Positions 39,759 through 50,664 of a DNA stretch of 61,699 nucleotides are shown here, in pieces. This stretch comes from a virus (Duplodnaviria > Caudoviricetes): IMG/VR virus record IMGVR_UViG_3300020141_000500, positions 1 to 61,699 of that record; one strand, 5' to 3'. Positions within the stretch are counted from its first letter, which is position 1. Each line of letters opens with the position of its first letter. The notes beneath the pieces were generated by a model that searched no databases, was not told where the DNA came from, and saw only the letters and a list, made by a program, of their open reading frames with translations. Position numbers and translations under genes: made by a program.

Positions 39759-40115
39759 ATGCATCCAACAAAAACAGCAACAAAACCAGATCCAACGTCG
39801 GCAATTCAAAGACATTCACTAACCGACGGAGGTCTTGAAGGTATTTATAAAAACTCAGCCGAATTGGCGGTTGCACGGGGGCTTAATGGTAGAAATTTCA
39901 ACGCCAAAGACGCTGGAACAGAAACGTCAGCCGTGGATTCTATCAATGGCACTGCACCAAATTCTGGTGGACAATACGTTGGAAATGACATTGTTCAGAA
40001 AAATTTTAAGATCGAGCAACCGATCAAAGTTACTCAATTTACGGGTGCTGGACTTAATTACGCCGACACGCTCAAGGTAAATACCACGCAGTACGCACCA
40101 TCTGGTCGTTTGTAA
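39759..40115 (+). CDS. hypothetical protein, 118 aa
   Basis: ATG ORF after ATATTTATA (39727). Confidence 0.7.
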   Translation: MHPTKTATKPDPTSAIQRHSLTDGGLEGIYKNSAELAVARGLNGRNFNAKDAGTETSAVDSINGTAPNSGGQYVGNDIVQKNFKIEQPIKVTQFTGAGLNYADTLKVNTTQYAPSGRL

Positions 40116-40138
40116 TATAGTTTTTATAAAATGGTTAT

Positions 40139-40630
40139 ATGAAAGTATTGGGACTTGATCTCTCAACCACGACATGTGGTTGGGCTATAGCAGAAAATAA
40201 GATTATTCTTGGTGCTGGATTTGTTGATATTTCAGATGTGGTAGATTATGCTGCTAAAGCAGACCTTATTATAACTGCTTTAAAAGGTCAAACTTTTGAG
40301 AAAATAATGATTGAAGAAAGCTTGTTTGGTTTTGCCGGTGGAGGTACTTCTCAGCAAGTTATAATCAAACTTGTGAAAAACAAAGCAGTGGTTGGTTATA
40401 TACTAGAAAATCATTATAAATTGAAAATAGAGAGCATACATGCCCAAACAGCAAGAAAGAAAGCATTTGGTGTAGCAAGAATAAAAGGAATAAAACCCAA
40501 GGTGTTTGTAAAAGAACAAGTTGAGAAACTATATGATATGACAGCTTGGACTATTTATAATAAGATAAAAAATCCTGATAAAAGAATGGAAGATGTTAGA
40601 GATGCTATAGTATTAAGTTTAGCGGGTTGA
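40139..40630 (+). CDS. ruvC: RuvC-like Holliday junction resolvase
   Basis: VLGLDLSTTTCGWA, IMIEE and EDVRDAI acidic catalytic pattern. Confidence 0.8.
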   Translation: MKVLGLDLSTTTCGWAIAENKIILGAGFVDISDVVDYAAKADLIITALKGQTFEKIMIEESLFGFAGGGTSQQVIIKLVKNKAVVGYILENHYKLKIESIHAQTARKKAFGVARIKGIKPKVFVKEQVEKLYDMTAWTIYNKIKNPDKRMEDVRDAIVLSLAG

Positions 40631-40702
40631 TATATATTTCGTTTTTTTTTTGATATTATCATATATTTATTGATATAAGATTTAACAAACAAGCATAATA
40701 TT

Positions 40703-41269
40703 ATGAAAAGAAGCGAACTAAAACAATTGATTAGAGAAGCTATTGAAGAGCAAATGATCCAAGAATCGGAAGCCGTTGACAACTTAGTAAAACAAATTCA
40801 AGCATTGTCAAAAGAAGAACAGGGAATTCTTCAAAAGAAATTGACCGACTTGTTCAAAGCATCAAAGTCTGGTTCCTTGCAGGACGCATATAATGAGCTT
40901 GCAAAAAATGGTAAGATAGTTATCATGCGCAGCGAAAAAAATAGAAATCAATTGATTGGATTTTTACAGTATAAAGATCAATTTTTGAACGACGAAAAAT
41001 GCATAACCAGTAAAGAACACGTAAAATATAATGCGAACGCATTTGCGGAAGAATATCCAAACCTTGCGTTTGCGTTTAAAAATAATCCAGAATTGATGAT
41101 TCCGTCGGTCGGCGGCGGTGACGACAGAGTTCCCAGCCCGCTCAGAGGATATGGCACTTCTATGAAAGATCAAATAAATGGTCTCACGCGCTCTTGGAAA
41201 AAAAGACTTGGTGGGGCAGACATAAAAGTGGAACTTGATAAAAATCTTGAGCGTGACATGCCGAAGTAA
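40703..41269 (+). CDS. MKRSELKQLIRE-leader protein (putative internal head protein)
   Basis: Leader matches 17493 and 18284; has its own late motif (40663) and terminator. Confidence 0.7.
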   Translation: MKRSELKQLIREAIEEQMIQESEAVDNLVKQIQALSKEEQGILQKKLTDLFKASKSGSLQDAYNELAKNGKIVIMRSEKNRNQLIGFLQYKDQFLNDEKCITSKEHVKYNANAFAEEYPNLAFAFKNNPELMIPSVGGGDDRVPSPLRGYGTSMKDQINGLTRSWKKRLGGADIKVELDKNLERDMPK

Positions 41270-41311
41270 AATCGCCGATATTATAACTTCTTAACAGCAT
41301 TGTCAGTTCAT

Positions 41312-41343
41312 AAACCCGCCAAAATACGGCGGGTTTTTTATTT
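41312..41343 (+). terminator. intrinsic terminator
   Basis: aaacccgcc-aaaatac-ggcgggttt plus T tract. Confidence 0.85.
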
Positions 41344-41344
41344 G

Positions 41345-41372
41345 TTGACCATATAACACTTTTGTGTATAGT
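41345..41372 (+). promoter_or_regulatory. sigma70-like promoter candidate (TTGACC-16-TATAGT)
   Basis: Directly upstream of the primase ATG at 41383. Confidence 0.55.
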
Positions 41373-41382
41373 GATATGGTAA

Positions 41383-42354
41383 ATGTCGTCGCTGAAAATT
41401 TCAGAACTAACAATTTTAGTAAATAATGTTCTCAAAGAGAATGGGCGACTGCGTAAAGGACTCAATCTACAGTATCATTGTCCAAAATGTCATCATCGCA
41501 AGCGAAAATTGGAAGTGTGTCTTGATGCTCCAAATGCTTGGCATTGTTGGACATGTAATATAAAAGGCAGAGGATTATATTGGTTGTTGAAACTTGCGCA
41601 AGCCACGCAAGAACAATTCAACAAGTTGGAATCTCTGATAGGACCACATGTTTCTAAAAATAGTTTATCAGAGTTTGATAAAAAAATTGCTTCACTAACT
41701 TCAAATAAAGTATATGAAGATCATGGTGAAATATTATGTTTGCCAAATGAGTTTAAAAGTTTGGCTGAAAATGATGCTAGTATAGAATATCGCGTTGCAT
41801 TTAACTATGCGAAAAAACGCAAACTATCATTTTGTGATATTATCAAATACAATATTGGATATTGTGCAACAGGTCCATTTGCCAATCGTCTTGTATTTCC
41901 GTCATATGATAAAAACAACAACTTAAACTTTTATAGTTGCCGCAGTTATTATGATGATGGCTACAAATACAAGAACAGCGAGTTTAGTAAAAATATTGTA
42001 GGATTTGAGAACCTTGTTGATTTTGATTTTCCAATTTATTTATGCGAGGGTGCTTTGGATGCAATCTCAATAAAAAGAAATGCAATTCCATTATTTGGCA
42101 AAAGCATGAGTCAAAAACTCAAGACATCTATTATACAAAGCAAATGTCCAGAAGTAAATATTGTGTTGGATGATGATGCATTGAATAATGCAATTCGCAT
42201 CGCAGAATATATAAACTCTATTGGTAAAATAGCCAAGTTGGTTCGACTGCAAGGTAAAGATCCAAACACATTGGGCTTTGTTGAAACAATGAAGCAGATT
42301 AGAAAAACAGATGTGCTTGACTTTAGAGCACTAACAATGCTAAGATTGGAATAA
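41383..42354 (+). CDS. DNA primase (zinc finger plus TOPRIM)
   Basis: CPKC...WHCWTC, RLVFP, LCEGALDA and VLDDDA motifs. Confidence 0.85.
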   Translation: MSSLKISELTILVNNVLKENGRLRKGLNLQYHCPKCHHRKRKLEVCLDAPNAWHCWTCNIKGRGLYWLLKLAQATQEQFNKLESLIGPHVSKNSLSEFDKKIASLTSNKVYEDHGEILCLPNEFKSLAENDASIEYRVAFNYAKKRKLSFCDIIKYNIGYCATGPFANRLVFPSYDKNNNLNFYSCRSYYDDGYKYKNSEFSKNIVGFENLVDFDFPIYLCEGALDAISIKRNAIPLFGKSMSQKLKTSIIQSKCPEVNIVLDDDALNNAIRIAEYINSIGKIAKLVRLQGKDPNTLGFVETMKQIRKTDVLDFRALTMLRLE

Positions 42355-42357
42355 CAT

Positions 42358-45300
42358 ATGATAGATACATACGAAAAACTGAATACATCCTTTGCTCGCG
42401 TAGATTATATTGTTCATCTATCGGATGTTCATATTCGTTTGACAAAACGACATCAAGAATATCGCGAAGTGTTTGCTAAGATATATGAAGAAGTGAAAAA
42501 AACACCAGCAAACACAGTCATTATAAATACCGGAGATAGTTTTCACTCAAAATGCGACCTTTCGCCCGAGGCTGTGCAGATTGCAAGTGAGTTCTTCAAG
42601 AGTTTATCCGACTTGCGTCCTACAGTTGTTATTGCTGGCAATCATGATTGTTTGCTCACAAATGTTACTCGACTTGACAGCATTTCTCCTATTGTAGAAA
42701 ATTTGGCTCATGACAATCTTTATTATCTAAAAGAAAGCAAGTTGTATTCATTTGCCAATATTCTTATAAATAACATGTCTATTTTCACCGACCATACTTC
42801 ATTTATAAAGATGAAGGACGTGTCAAAGAAAATCAAGATAGAGTTTGATACAAAGATTGCTTTATTTCATGGTGGTGTATTTGACGCCAAGACTGATGTA
42901 GGTTATACAGTAACCAACAAGAGTATCATGAATGATATGTTTGATGGTCATGATATGGCATTGTTGGGTGATATTCATTTGGCACAAAATCTACAAATGT
43001 GTGATATAGCAGCAGAAAAACCAATCATTCGTTATGCTGGTTCGGTTATTCAACAAAATCATGGCGAAGCATTGCTTGGTCACGGCATTTGTTTGTGGGA
43101 CGTAAAGAACAGAGCATACAAGCATGTAGAAATACCAAATGATTATGGTTATTTTACTATTGATATTGATGACGGCAAGTTGATGACTGATATAAGCACA
43201 ATGCCCAAGAAGCCAAAACTTCGTGTGCGTTGCAAAGAAACTATTGCTACTGAACTAAAAAAGGTAGTAAATGAAATCAAAAAGACGCATGAAATCAGCG
43301 ACATTATTTATATGCGAGTTGATGGCGATGATGCTTCCAAAGTTGTGAGTGTTCAAGCTGCTGCCAACTTGAGTCAGATTGGCAATGTTGATTATCAAAA
43401 TAAACTTATTAGTGAAACACTCAAAGCTAAATATCCAGATATTATGGATGATGACACACTTGAGTCTGTTCATAAAATCAACAAAGACCTCAATACTGAT
43501 TTGAGTAAAGATGATACTGCTCGCAATATTCGTTGGAAGCCAATCAAGTTTGAGTTTAGTAATATGTTTAGTTATGGTGAAAACAATGTGATTGACTTTA
43601 CAAAATTATCAGATGTATACGGATTGTTTGCGTCGAATGCAAGTGGAAAATCTTCTCTTTTTGACGCATTGTGCTTTATCGCATTTGATAAATCTGCTAA
43701 AGCATTCAAAGCAACTCATGTGATGAACTCACAAAAAATGTCTTTTCATGGCAAGTTCACATTTGAGATAAATGATGTTCAATATATCATTGAGCGTAAA
43801 GGCATCAGAGATAAAAAAGGCAATGTAAAAGTTGATGTAAACTTCTATAAGATGGAGAAAGAAGAAAAGATTAGCCTCAACAGCGAAGCTCGCAGAAGCA
43901 CAAATGAAATCATTCGCGATTATATTGGTGATTATGATGACTTTGTATTGACCTCTCTTGCATTACAAGGCAATCAAGGTTCATTTGTTGAAATGGGTCA
44001 AACTGAACGTAAGGATTTGTTGTGCCAGTTCATTGGTCTAAATGTGTTTGATAAACTTGTAGTAAAAGGCAATGACAAACTAAAAGAACTAACAGGTGCC
44101 ATCAAGTCATTCAACAAAGAAAGCAATCAAGTCAAGATTGAGTCGAACAAAAATGATTTGGGATTGGCAGAGTCCAAACTTATTGATTTGACCACTCAAA
44201 AAGATTTTTACACAACAAAAAAGAATGAGTTTGACAACAAAATCAGCGAACAACAATCCAAGATTGTAAAACTTGAAAATGTGCCAACAAATGTAGTGGC
44301 TCTAAAGAAAGAACGCGAAACTTTGGAAACAAAAAATAGTCAATCCGTTGATGCCATTTCAGTTATTGACACAAACACAGAGTCAAAGAAAAAAGAATAT
44401 GTGGATGCGTCTAATAAAATATCTGCTTGTCCAAGTGATCTAAAAGAAAAATCAGACAAGCATGCAGGTTTGGTTCGTCAAAAAAATCGTCTTGAACAAG
44501 ACATGGAAAAGCTAAAGCTTGTGGTCAAAGAAAAACTCAAGAAGATAGAACATCTGTCCAACCACAAATATGATCCAAATTGTGAATATTGCTGTGATAA
44601 TGCGTTTGTAAAAGATGCTATATCTGCCAAAGATAGTTTGGAATCCGACAAAACTGATGCAAGAGAATTGTTTGATGCCATATCAACCATAAAAACACAG
44701 ATTGTAGAAGTTGAACCATTTGTAGCTCAATATGAACAAAGTGTGCTGCTCAAAGAAACCATCAATACACTCACAGCATTTATTTCCAAGAAAGAACTGG
44801 AGAAATCTAATCTAAACAATCTTATATCCAAAAACTCTAACAGAATAGTTGAGATTGATACTCTGGTTGAGTTGTATGAAAAGTCCAAAGAAATCGTAGA
44901 AAGCAACAAGATTGTTGAATCATCTATTTATGATTTGAAAAATGATGTTGCTACTATAACATCAAAACTAAAGAATATTGAACGAGAATATGTGGATGCT
45001 TATAGTCGTAAAGTATCATTGACTGACCAAATCAAAAGCATCGAAGAACAAATCAAAAAAGTAGAAGAGTATGAAAACGAGCTTGCTGCTTATCAATATT
45101 ATCTAACTTCAATTGGTAAAGATGGCGTGCCATACAAGATTATTTCAGATGCCATTCCAAGAATTGAACAAGAAGTAAATAATATATTATCTCAAATGGT
45201 TGAGTTTAGTATGAGCATTGAAACAGATGGCAAGAATGTCAATGTATATATCAAATATGATGATAAAAAATGGCCATTGGAACTATGTTCTGGCATGGAA

Positions 45301-45564
45301 AAGTTTGTTAGTGCTTTGGCTTTGAGAGTATCTTTGATCAACATCAGCAATCTACCGCGTTCCAACTTTTTGGTAGTTGACGAAGGAATGTCGGCCTTGG
45401 ATGCTTCAAATCTTCCTATGCTACATGCGCTGTTTGATTATCTAAAGAGCAGCTTTGATTTTATTATTATAATAAGCCATCTTGACGCTATGAGAGACAT
45501 GGTAGACAAGCAGCTGGAAATCAAGAAAGAAAACGGATTTAGCAAGATTGATAATAGCGTCTGA
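42358..45564 (+). CDS. fused SbcD/Mre11 nuclease and SbcC/Rad50 ATPase (gp47-gp46-like)
   Basis: SDVH, TGD, GNHD and GDIH phosphoesterase motifs; NASGKSS, Q-loop, CEYC hook, SGME, VVDEG and IISH. Confidence 0.9.
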   Translation: MIDTYEKLNTSFARVDYIVHLSDVHIRLTKRHQEYREVFAKIYEEVKKTPANTVIINTGDSFHSKCDLSPEAVQIASEFFKSLSDLRPTVVIAGNHDCLLTNVTRLDSISPIVENLAHDNLYYLKESKLYSFANILINNMSIFTDHTSFIKMKDVSKKIKIEFDTKIALFHGGVFDAKTDVGYTVTNKSIMNDMFDGHDMALLGDIHLAQNLQMCDIAAEKPIIRYAGSVIQQNHGEALLGHGICLWDVKNRAYKHVEIPNDYGYFTIDIDDGKLMTDISTMPKKPKLRVRCKETIATELKKVVNEIKKTHEISDIIYMRVDGDDASKVVSVQAAANLSQIGNVDYQNKLISETLKAKYPDIMDDDTLESVHKINKDLNTDLSKDDTARNIRWKPIKFEFSNMFSYGENNVIDFTKLSDVYGLFASNASGKSSLFDALCFIAFDKSAKAFKATHVMNSQKMSFHGKFTFEINDVQYIIERKGIRDKKGNVKVDVNFYKMEKEEKISLNSEARRSTNEIIRDYIGDYDDFVLTSLALQGNQGSFVEMGQTERKDLLCQFIGLNVFDKLVVKGNDKLKELTGAIKSFNKESNQVKIESNKNDLGLAESKLIDLTTQKDFYTTKKNEFDNKISEQQSKIVKLENVPTNVVALKKERETLETKNSQSVDAISVIDTNTESKKKEYVDASNKISACPSDLKEKSDKHAGLVRQKNRLEQDMEKLKLVVKEKLKKIEHLSNHKYDPNCEYCCDNAFVKDAISAKDSLESDKTDARELFDAISTIKTQIVEVEPFVAQYEQSVLLKETINTLTAFISKKELEKSNLNNLISKNSNRIVEIDTLVELYEKSKEIVESNKIVESSIYDLKNDVATITSKLKNIEREYVDAYSRKVSLTDQIKSIEEQIKKVEEYENELAAYQYYLTSIGKDGVPYKIISDAIPRIEQEVNNILSQMVEFSMSIETDGKNVNVYIKYDDKKWPLELCSGMEKFVSALALRVSLINISNLPRSNFLVVDEGMSALDASNLPMLHALFDYLKSSFDFIIIISHLDAMRDMVDKQLEIKKENGFSKIDNSV

Positions 45565-45596
45565 GTCATATTTATCCATAGGCGTATATACAACCT

Positions 45597-47705
45597 ATGG
45601 ACACAGTACCGGATAGCAACTCGCAGAATACATATTTCATTTTATCCGACTTTAAGGATACGCTCAAATCTGGAAAAAATTCATTCATTGTAAATCCGAC
45701 TAACTTGGTTGTTCCAGATTCGGATATTACATTATCTGCGTATGATGTGGATGGTAATATATTATCTTCTGGTATTATACGTCCAACCGACGCAAAATAC
45801 AGTGAAGTTACTGATTCTGGTATGTTGTATTATGTTAATATTCCATCAACCACACCAACTGGCATTGGTAGGTTGGAAATACGTTCGATTGGACTTGATG
45901 TTGGAGATTATACTGGAAGAATTGCTTACTTTCGGGGCAATGGATATAAAATAGATAAAAATCAACGCCTTCCACTGATTCAATCTCCGTCGCCCACTCC
46001 GTTGACAAAAGTGAATGTATTATGGTCTAGCAATATATTAATTGATACAACAAAAAAGACCGACACCGAAGTAAGATTTTTTGATTATCCATATATTGAA
46101 GTATCGTCGGAAATATATGATTGTCCAATATATCCAACATCTTCGTATTGTATATCATCCGGTTCATTCTCATCAATTGCTGTATTTCCGAAAAATAATT
46201 CAGATGGCGATTATGATTATCAATACGACAAGCCAATTTATCAATTATATTGGAAAGGTGGAGCAAAATTCAGTTCATCTATGGAAAATGAACAAGTTCG
46301 TATCAAAAGTCCAACCATAAAGAAATTTACATATACCAATTATACAAACAATCAAATACAATACGAAGGATTGATTTCTACGGATTTTATAGCAAAAATT
46401 GATAGTGTAGTAAATGACACAACAATATTATTAGACATTCCTTTTTCAACTGTTTCAGAATTGATAGATCGTTCCAACCAAGATTCTTCATATGCCAAAA
46501 ACAATTTGGTGAATATAAAAGGATATGGTACAAGCAATGATCCATCAAAGCAGACCGTTAACCATAAAAAGAATTTTTACATATTGAGTATTGATGATGG
46601 TGAGTTTGAAATTATTCATAAAAATATTGTAACTGAATTGCCACGGGCAATTGTGTCCGGTTCCACTTTCTACAAAAAATCCATATTGGATATTGATTTT
46701 AATAATTTGCGAGTATTGTGTGGAGATCTGAATAGCTATAAAATTTACGGTCGCAGCTTAAATAGTCCAGAAACAAAAACATTGATTTGCGAAGGAAAGA
46801 TAAAACCTACAAATTTAATTTCAACAACCAAATTTGATAATGGACTATACAATAATCCAGGTGAATTTTACAATTCTACACATGTTTCAAAATATTGGCT
46901 GGTTCAAGGTAGTTGCGTATTTTCACAAACCAACCAAGTGTTTATTGACGGTGTTACTGTATCTCACACCGGAAATGAAAATCAAAACGATTATGTGATA
47001 TATAAAGATGCTACAAGTGTCGGTAGAACTGCGGCGTATATAAGTTATACCTTACTATCAAATTCTTATTGGTATGGTAAGTCCGACGCTTTTATAAATT
47101 TTGCGTCATATCCAACTGCATCATATCTTGGACTTAGCAATGCACCAGAATTGACTTCATATACCAACTCTCAAGAAAATTTGATACAAGGTGCTGTGCA
47201 TGACAGCAATCCAATTATATTGAAAGGAAATTCATTATATGAGTTTTCTATAAATGTAAAACCGGCAGCTGAAAATGCAAGTGTATCAGTGCTGTATGTT
47301 TATTTTGTAAGCGGCACTGACAAAATAAAGATTGCTACTATTGATAGTACATTTAAATTTGGCTCTGGTCAAATATACAAATCAACATTCTTTTCTGATA
47401 TAGAAAGATATGGCACAATCATATTGGTTCCTGTGTCTGGCAATTGGAGTATATCAAAACTCAAATTATGTTCATATCAGGCTTTGGATTATTCGGTGGA
47501 TAATTTTAAAATAAAGATTCCAATAAAAGCCACTCTGACAAACGAATTGTTTGAAATTGAAGCTGAACTATATGACAGTGCTCACCAACTTGCATATGGT
47601 GAAGATTCTTATACTTTTATATATAATCAAACGTTCCTACCATTAAAAAAACAAATATTTGTTGATCCAAACGGAACCACACTGGTTGTTAACAATTTGG
47701 GTTGA
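45597..47705 (+). CDS. hypothetical beta-rich protein, probably structural
   Basis: 702 aa, S/T/Y/N-rich; late motif at 45568. Confidence 0.6.
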   Translation: MDTVPDSNSQNTYFILSDFKDTLKSGKNSFIVNPTNLVVPDSDITLSAYDVDGNILSSGIIRPTDAKYSEVTDSGMLYYVNIPSTTPTGIGRLEIRSIGLDVGDYTGRIAYFRGNGYKIDKNQRLPLIQSPSPTPLTKVNVLWSSNILIDTTKKTDTEVRFFDYPYIEVSSEIYDCPIYPTSSYCISSGSFSSIAVFPKNNSDGDYDYQYDKPIYQLYWKGGAKFSSSMENEQVRIKSPTIKKFTYTNYTNNQIQYEGLISTDFIAKIDSVVNDTTILLDIPFSTVSELIDRSNQDSSYAKNNLVNIKGYGTSNDPSKQTVNHKKNFYILSIDDGEFEIIHKNIVTELPRAIVSGSTFYKKSILDIDFNNLRVLCGDLNSYKIYGRSLNSPETKTLICEGKIKPTNLISTTKFDNGLYNNPGEFYNSTHVSKYWLVQGSCVFSQTNQVFIDGVTVSHTGNENQNDYVIYKDATSVGRTAAYISYTLLSNSYWYGKSDAFINFASYPTASYLGLSNAPELTSYTNSQENLIQGAVHDSNPIILKGNSLYEFSINVKPAAENASVSVLYVYFVSGTDKIKIATIDSTFKFGSGQIYKSTFFSDIERYGTIILVPVSGNWSISKLKLCSYQALDYSVDNFKIKIPIKATLTNELFEIEAELYDSAHQLAYGEDSYTFIYNQTFLPLKKQIFVDPNGTTLVVNNLG

Positions 47706-47856
47706 AGTATGAGGTCAGATTTTTAATTTTTTATTACGCAATAAGTAATTATATAAATACAAAACTTGAAATTTGTTTTGCTATTCAATATATATGAACG
47801 AGCGATTGTTGTAAATTTCGCTTGACAAATAAAAATATGGTTATAATCTACCAAAG

Positions 47857-49809
47857 ATGAAAATTTTATATATAGCTCCGCATTTATCAACGGGTGGATG
47901 TCCACAATTTTTGTTTAAGAAGATACAGGTTTTACACAAAGACCATGAGATATATTGTATTGAATATGCAGACCACGGATGTTTCACAGTACAAAAGAAC
48001 AAAATAAAAGAAATTCTCAAAGACAGGTTGATTTCTGTGAATTATGATCGCTCAAAAATAGTTGATATAATCAAAGATTTGGACCCAGATGTGGTGCATC
48101 TGGAAGAAATGCCAGAATATTTCATGGACAATGACATTGCTAAAAAGATATACATCAAAGATAGACGATATAAAATCATTGAAACATCGCATGACAGCAG
48201 CTTTGATCCAAAAGGTAAAGTGTTCTTTCCAGACCGATTGATATATGTGAGCAAATATCAAAAAGAAAATCTCAAAGAAATTGATGTGCCATCCGAAGTT
48301 TGTGAATATCCTATTCTAATAAATCCAAGAAAGCCAAGAGAAGAAGCACTAAGAGTGTTGGGTCTTGATCCAAAGAAAAAGCATGTGATGCATGTTGGTT
48401 TGTTCACATCAAGAAAAAACCAAAAAGAAATTATTGAGTATGCCAGAATACTCAAAGACCAACCAATACAGTTCCATTTCATTGGAAATCAAGCGGACAA
48501 TTTTAGAAGCTATTGGGAACCATTGATGAAAAATTTTCCATCCAACTGCAAATGGTGGAATGAAAGAAAAGATGTAGATAATTTTTATCAAGCAGCCGAT
48601 TTGTTTCTGTTTGTGTCTAAGGATGAAAATGGAGACAAAGAAACAAGTCCATTGGTTATACGCGAAGCAATATCATACAATATACCAACGTTGATTTATA
48701 ATTCTCCTGTGTATATGGGAATGTATGACAAATATGAAAATATAAAATATCTTGATTATGATGACAAGGATGAAAATTTAAACAGAATACTAAAAACTCT
48801 AAATCTAACAGAACCAAAAAAAATGCACATATTTCAATCCAATTGGGACATGAACGAACAAAAGATGTACTACTCGGTGAATACCAATGTAGATTTTCCT
48901 ATAATAGTCGCGTTGAGAGAATACAAGTCCGACGCTGTGTTGTGGTCTACCACATACGAAACTTTTCCACCAAATTGCAATTTTTGGATGATTCCTGTCT
49001 CAAAGAGTAACCGAGATTACTCCACAGAAGAAACATTTTCTGGCATAAAGCTTTGCATATACAAAAAAGAAACGGGCGAACAGATTTACGAGCAACCATA
49101 TTTTTATAAATTTGCAAATGTTCCAACGGTCACTTTGAGCAATCGTGCTCCATACTATGATAACTATACAGAATTTTTTGTTCGCGACAAATACAAAGAA
49201 TGGTTGGGCAACAAGAAGTTTGATGTTGCGGTTGACGTTGGTGCAAATGTAGGCGTGTTTACGCGATATTTGATACACAATAAAATAGCAAAGAGGGTTG
49301 TGTCGGTTGAATGCGACTCCGCCGCTTTATTTGATTTGAAAAGAAACTACGAATTTAACGACAATGTGAAAATAATTGAAAAAGCATTAAGCGACACGAA
49401 CGATCCAATAACATTTTATCACTGCGAAGAAAATCCAATCGTAAGCAGCACAATTCCACCGGAAAAGCTAAAACAACACATGGCCGGTGTGAGGGGAAAT
49501 GTGAAAACCACGGTTGATGCTGTTACAATAAGGGATCTGGTTGATGAACTTGGTCAAATTGATTTGTTGAAGATTGACATCGAGGGAGGCGAATACAAAA
49601 TTATAGAAAAGTTGGAAACCAAGTTGTTTGACCATATAAATAACATATTCATTGAATGTCATTTTTTTGAGGAAGATTATAAAGAAAAGTATGTATCTCT
49701 ACTTGAAAAGTTGCGCAACAATGGATATGAAGTAAAAGAATATCTATCGAATCAGTCGAATAATGCCGGAACCAGTGAATGTATTTTTGCTACTAAAAAA
49801 TCTCAATAA
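47857..49809 (+). CDS. GT4-like glycosyltransferase fused to FkbM-family methyltransferase
   Basis: HLSTGG, RKNQ and ETSPLVIREA; VDVGANVG and LLKIDIEGGE. Confidence 0.85.
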   Translation: MKILYIAPHLSTGGCPQFLFKKIQVLHKDHEIYCIEYADHGCFTVQKNKIKEILKDRLISVNYDRSKIVDIIKDLDPDVVHLEEMPEYFMDNDIAKKIYIKDRRYKIIETSHDSSFDPKGKVFFPDRLIYVSKYQKENLKEIDVPSEVCEYPILINPRKPREEALRVLGLDPKKKHVMHVGLFTSRKNQKEIIEYARILKDQPIQFHFIGNQADNFRSYWEPLMKNFPSNCKWWNERKDVDNFYQAADLFLFVSKDENGDKETSPLVIREAISYNIPTLIYNSPVYMGMYDKYENIKYLDYDDKDENLNRILKTLNLTEPKKMHIFQSNWDMNEQKMYYSVNTNVDFPIIVALREYKSDAVLWSTTYETFPPNCNFWMIPVSKSNRDYSTEETFSGIKLCIYKKETGEQIYEQPYFYKFANVPTVTLSNRAPYYDNYTEFFVRDKYKEWLGNKKFDVAVDVGANVGVFTRYLIHNKIAKRVVSVECDSAALFDLKRNYEFNDNVKIIEKALSDTNDPITFYHCEENPIVSSTIPPEKLKQHMAGVRGNVKTTVDAVTIRDLVDELGQIDLLKIDIEGGEYKIIEKLETKLFDHINNIFIECHFFEEDYKEKYVSLLEKLRNNGYEVKEYLSNQSNNAGTSECIFATKKSQ

Positions 49810-49845
49810 TAAAATCTCAATAATAAAATCTCAATAATAAAATCT
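49797..49845 (+). repeat. 14-bp tandem repeat aaaatctcaataat x3.5
   Basis: Units at 49797, 49811, 49825 and a partial unit at 49839. Confidence 0.92.
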
Positions 49846-50664
49846 ATGGTTATATTTTTATATAGCGACAAAAACTGCGAACATCAAGCAATGGCTTGCA
49901 TCAAATCATTAACTCACAAAATTACAGATGATGTAAAGATTGTATACTATACAATCGGATTCGACAGCAGGTTTGAATTCAAGAACTTAAACAAAGTTCG
50001 TATTGAATACAAACCACAATATCCAACATTTCATTTTTATAAAGCCGAGCTGTCTTTACTTACTATGCAGATGTTTCCCAATGATTATTATCTATTTACA
50101 GACACCGACGTATTGTTCTCACGAAACTTCAACTTCAACGACCATAAATATAACGAGTCATATCCCATGGCAAGTTATGGTCCACATGAATATCCATTCA
50201 TTTGGCAAGAAGTAAACGGCGTTAAGATTATTTTTAATGAAAAGAAACTAATGACATACCACGGTGTAGCCGACAGAAGTATGAGATACTGCTGGTCTTG
50301 CTTTTTTGCATTTAATCCAAACTGCAAAGAGTTTTTTGAAGAATATACTTCAATTTGTCAGAACAAATATTTGCTTGATCGCCGCAAAGATTATTTTCCA
50401 TATGCCGACGAAACTGCATTTAATGTATGCTTGTGGAAGCGCGGGGCCACTAAGAATCTAAAACAAGGATTTGTAAACACACATTCACTAGAAACGGTAA
50501 AAATTGTGGAAGAAAGAAAAGCAAAAAATAAAGTGTTTATGAACAGTGTAGACGCATTTGGTTCAAGTTGGGAAGCCGTTGAAGATCCAGATAAAGTATT
50601 GCTATATCACGGATTTAAAGAAAAAATAGAAATGGATAAGACCGTTGATTATCTGTTGGCATGA
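49846..50664 (+). CDS. putative GT-A fold nucleotide-sugar transferase
   Basis: YLFTDTDV (DxD), DETAFNV and YHG motifs; located in the glycosylation cluster. Confidence 0.55.
   Translation: MVIFLYSDKNCEHQAMACIKSLTHKITDDVKIVYYTIGFDSRFEFKNLNKVRIEYKPQYPTFHFYKAELSLLTMQMFPNDYYLFTDTDVLFSRNFNFNDHKYNESYPMASYGPHEYPFIWQEVNGVKIIFNEKKLMTYHGVADRSMRYCWSCFFAFNPNCKEFFEEYTSICQNKYLLDRRKDYFPYADETAFNVCLWKRGATKNLKQGFVNTHSLETVKIVEERKAKNKVFMNSVDAFGSSWEAVEDPDKVLLYHGFKEKIEMDKTVDYLLA

Noticed and set aside
47752-47759. T4 late promoter TATAAATA upstream of cluster 2
   Set aside because: A lone intergenic occurrence in very AT-rich DNA about 100 bp from the start; the recurring upstream motif here is the opposite orientation.
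47822-47847. Perfect TTGACA and TATAAT boxes before 47857
   Set aside because: The spacing is only 14 bp, so it is not listed as a confident promoter, though an alternative -10 box may work.
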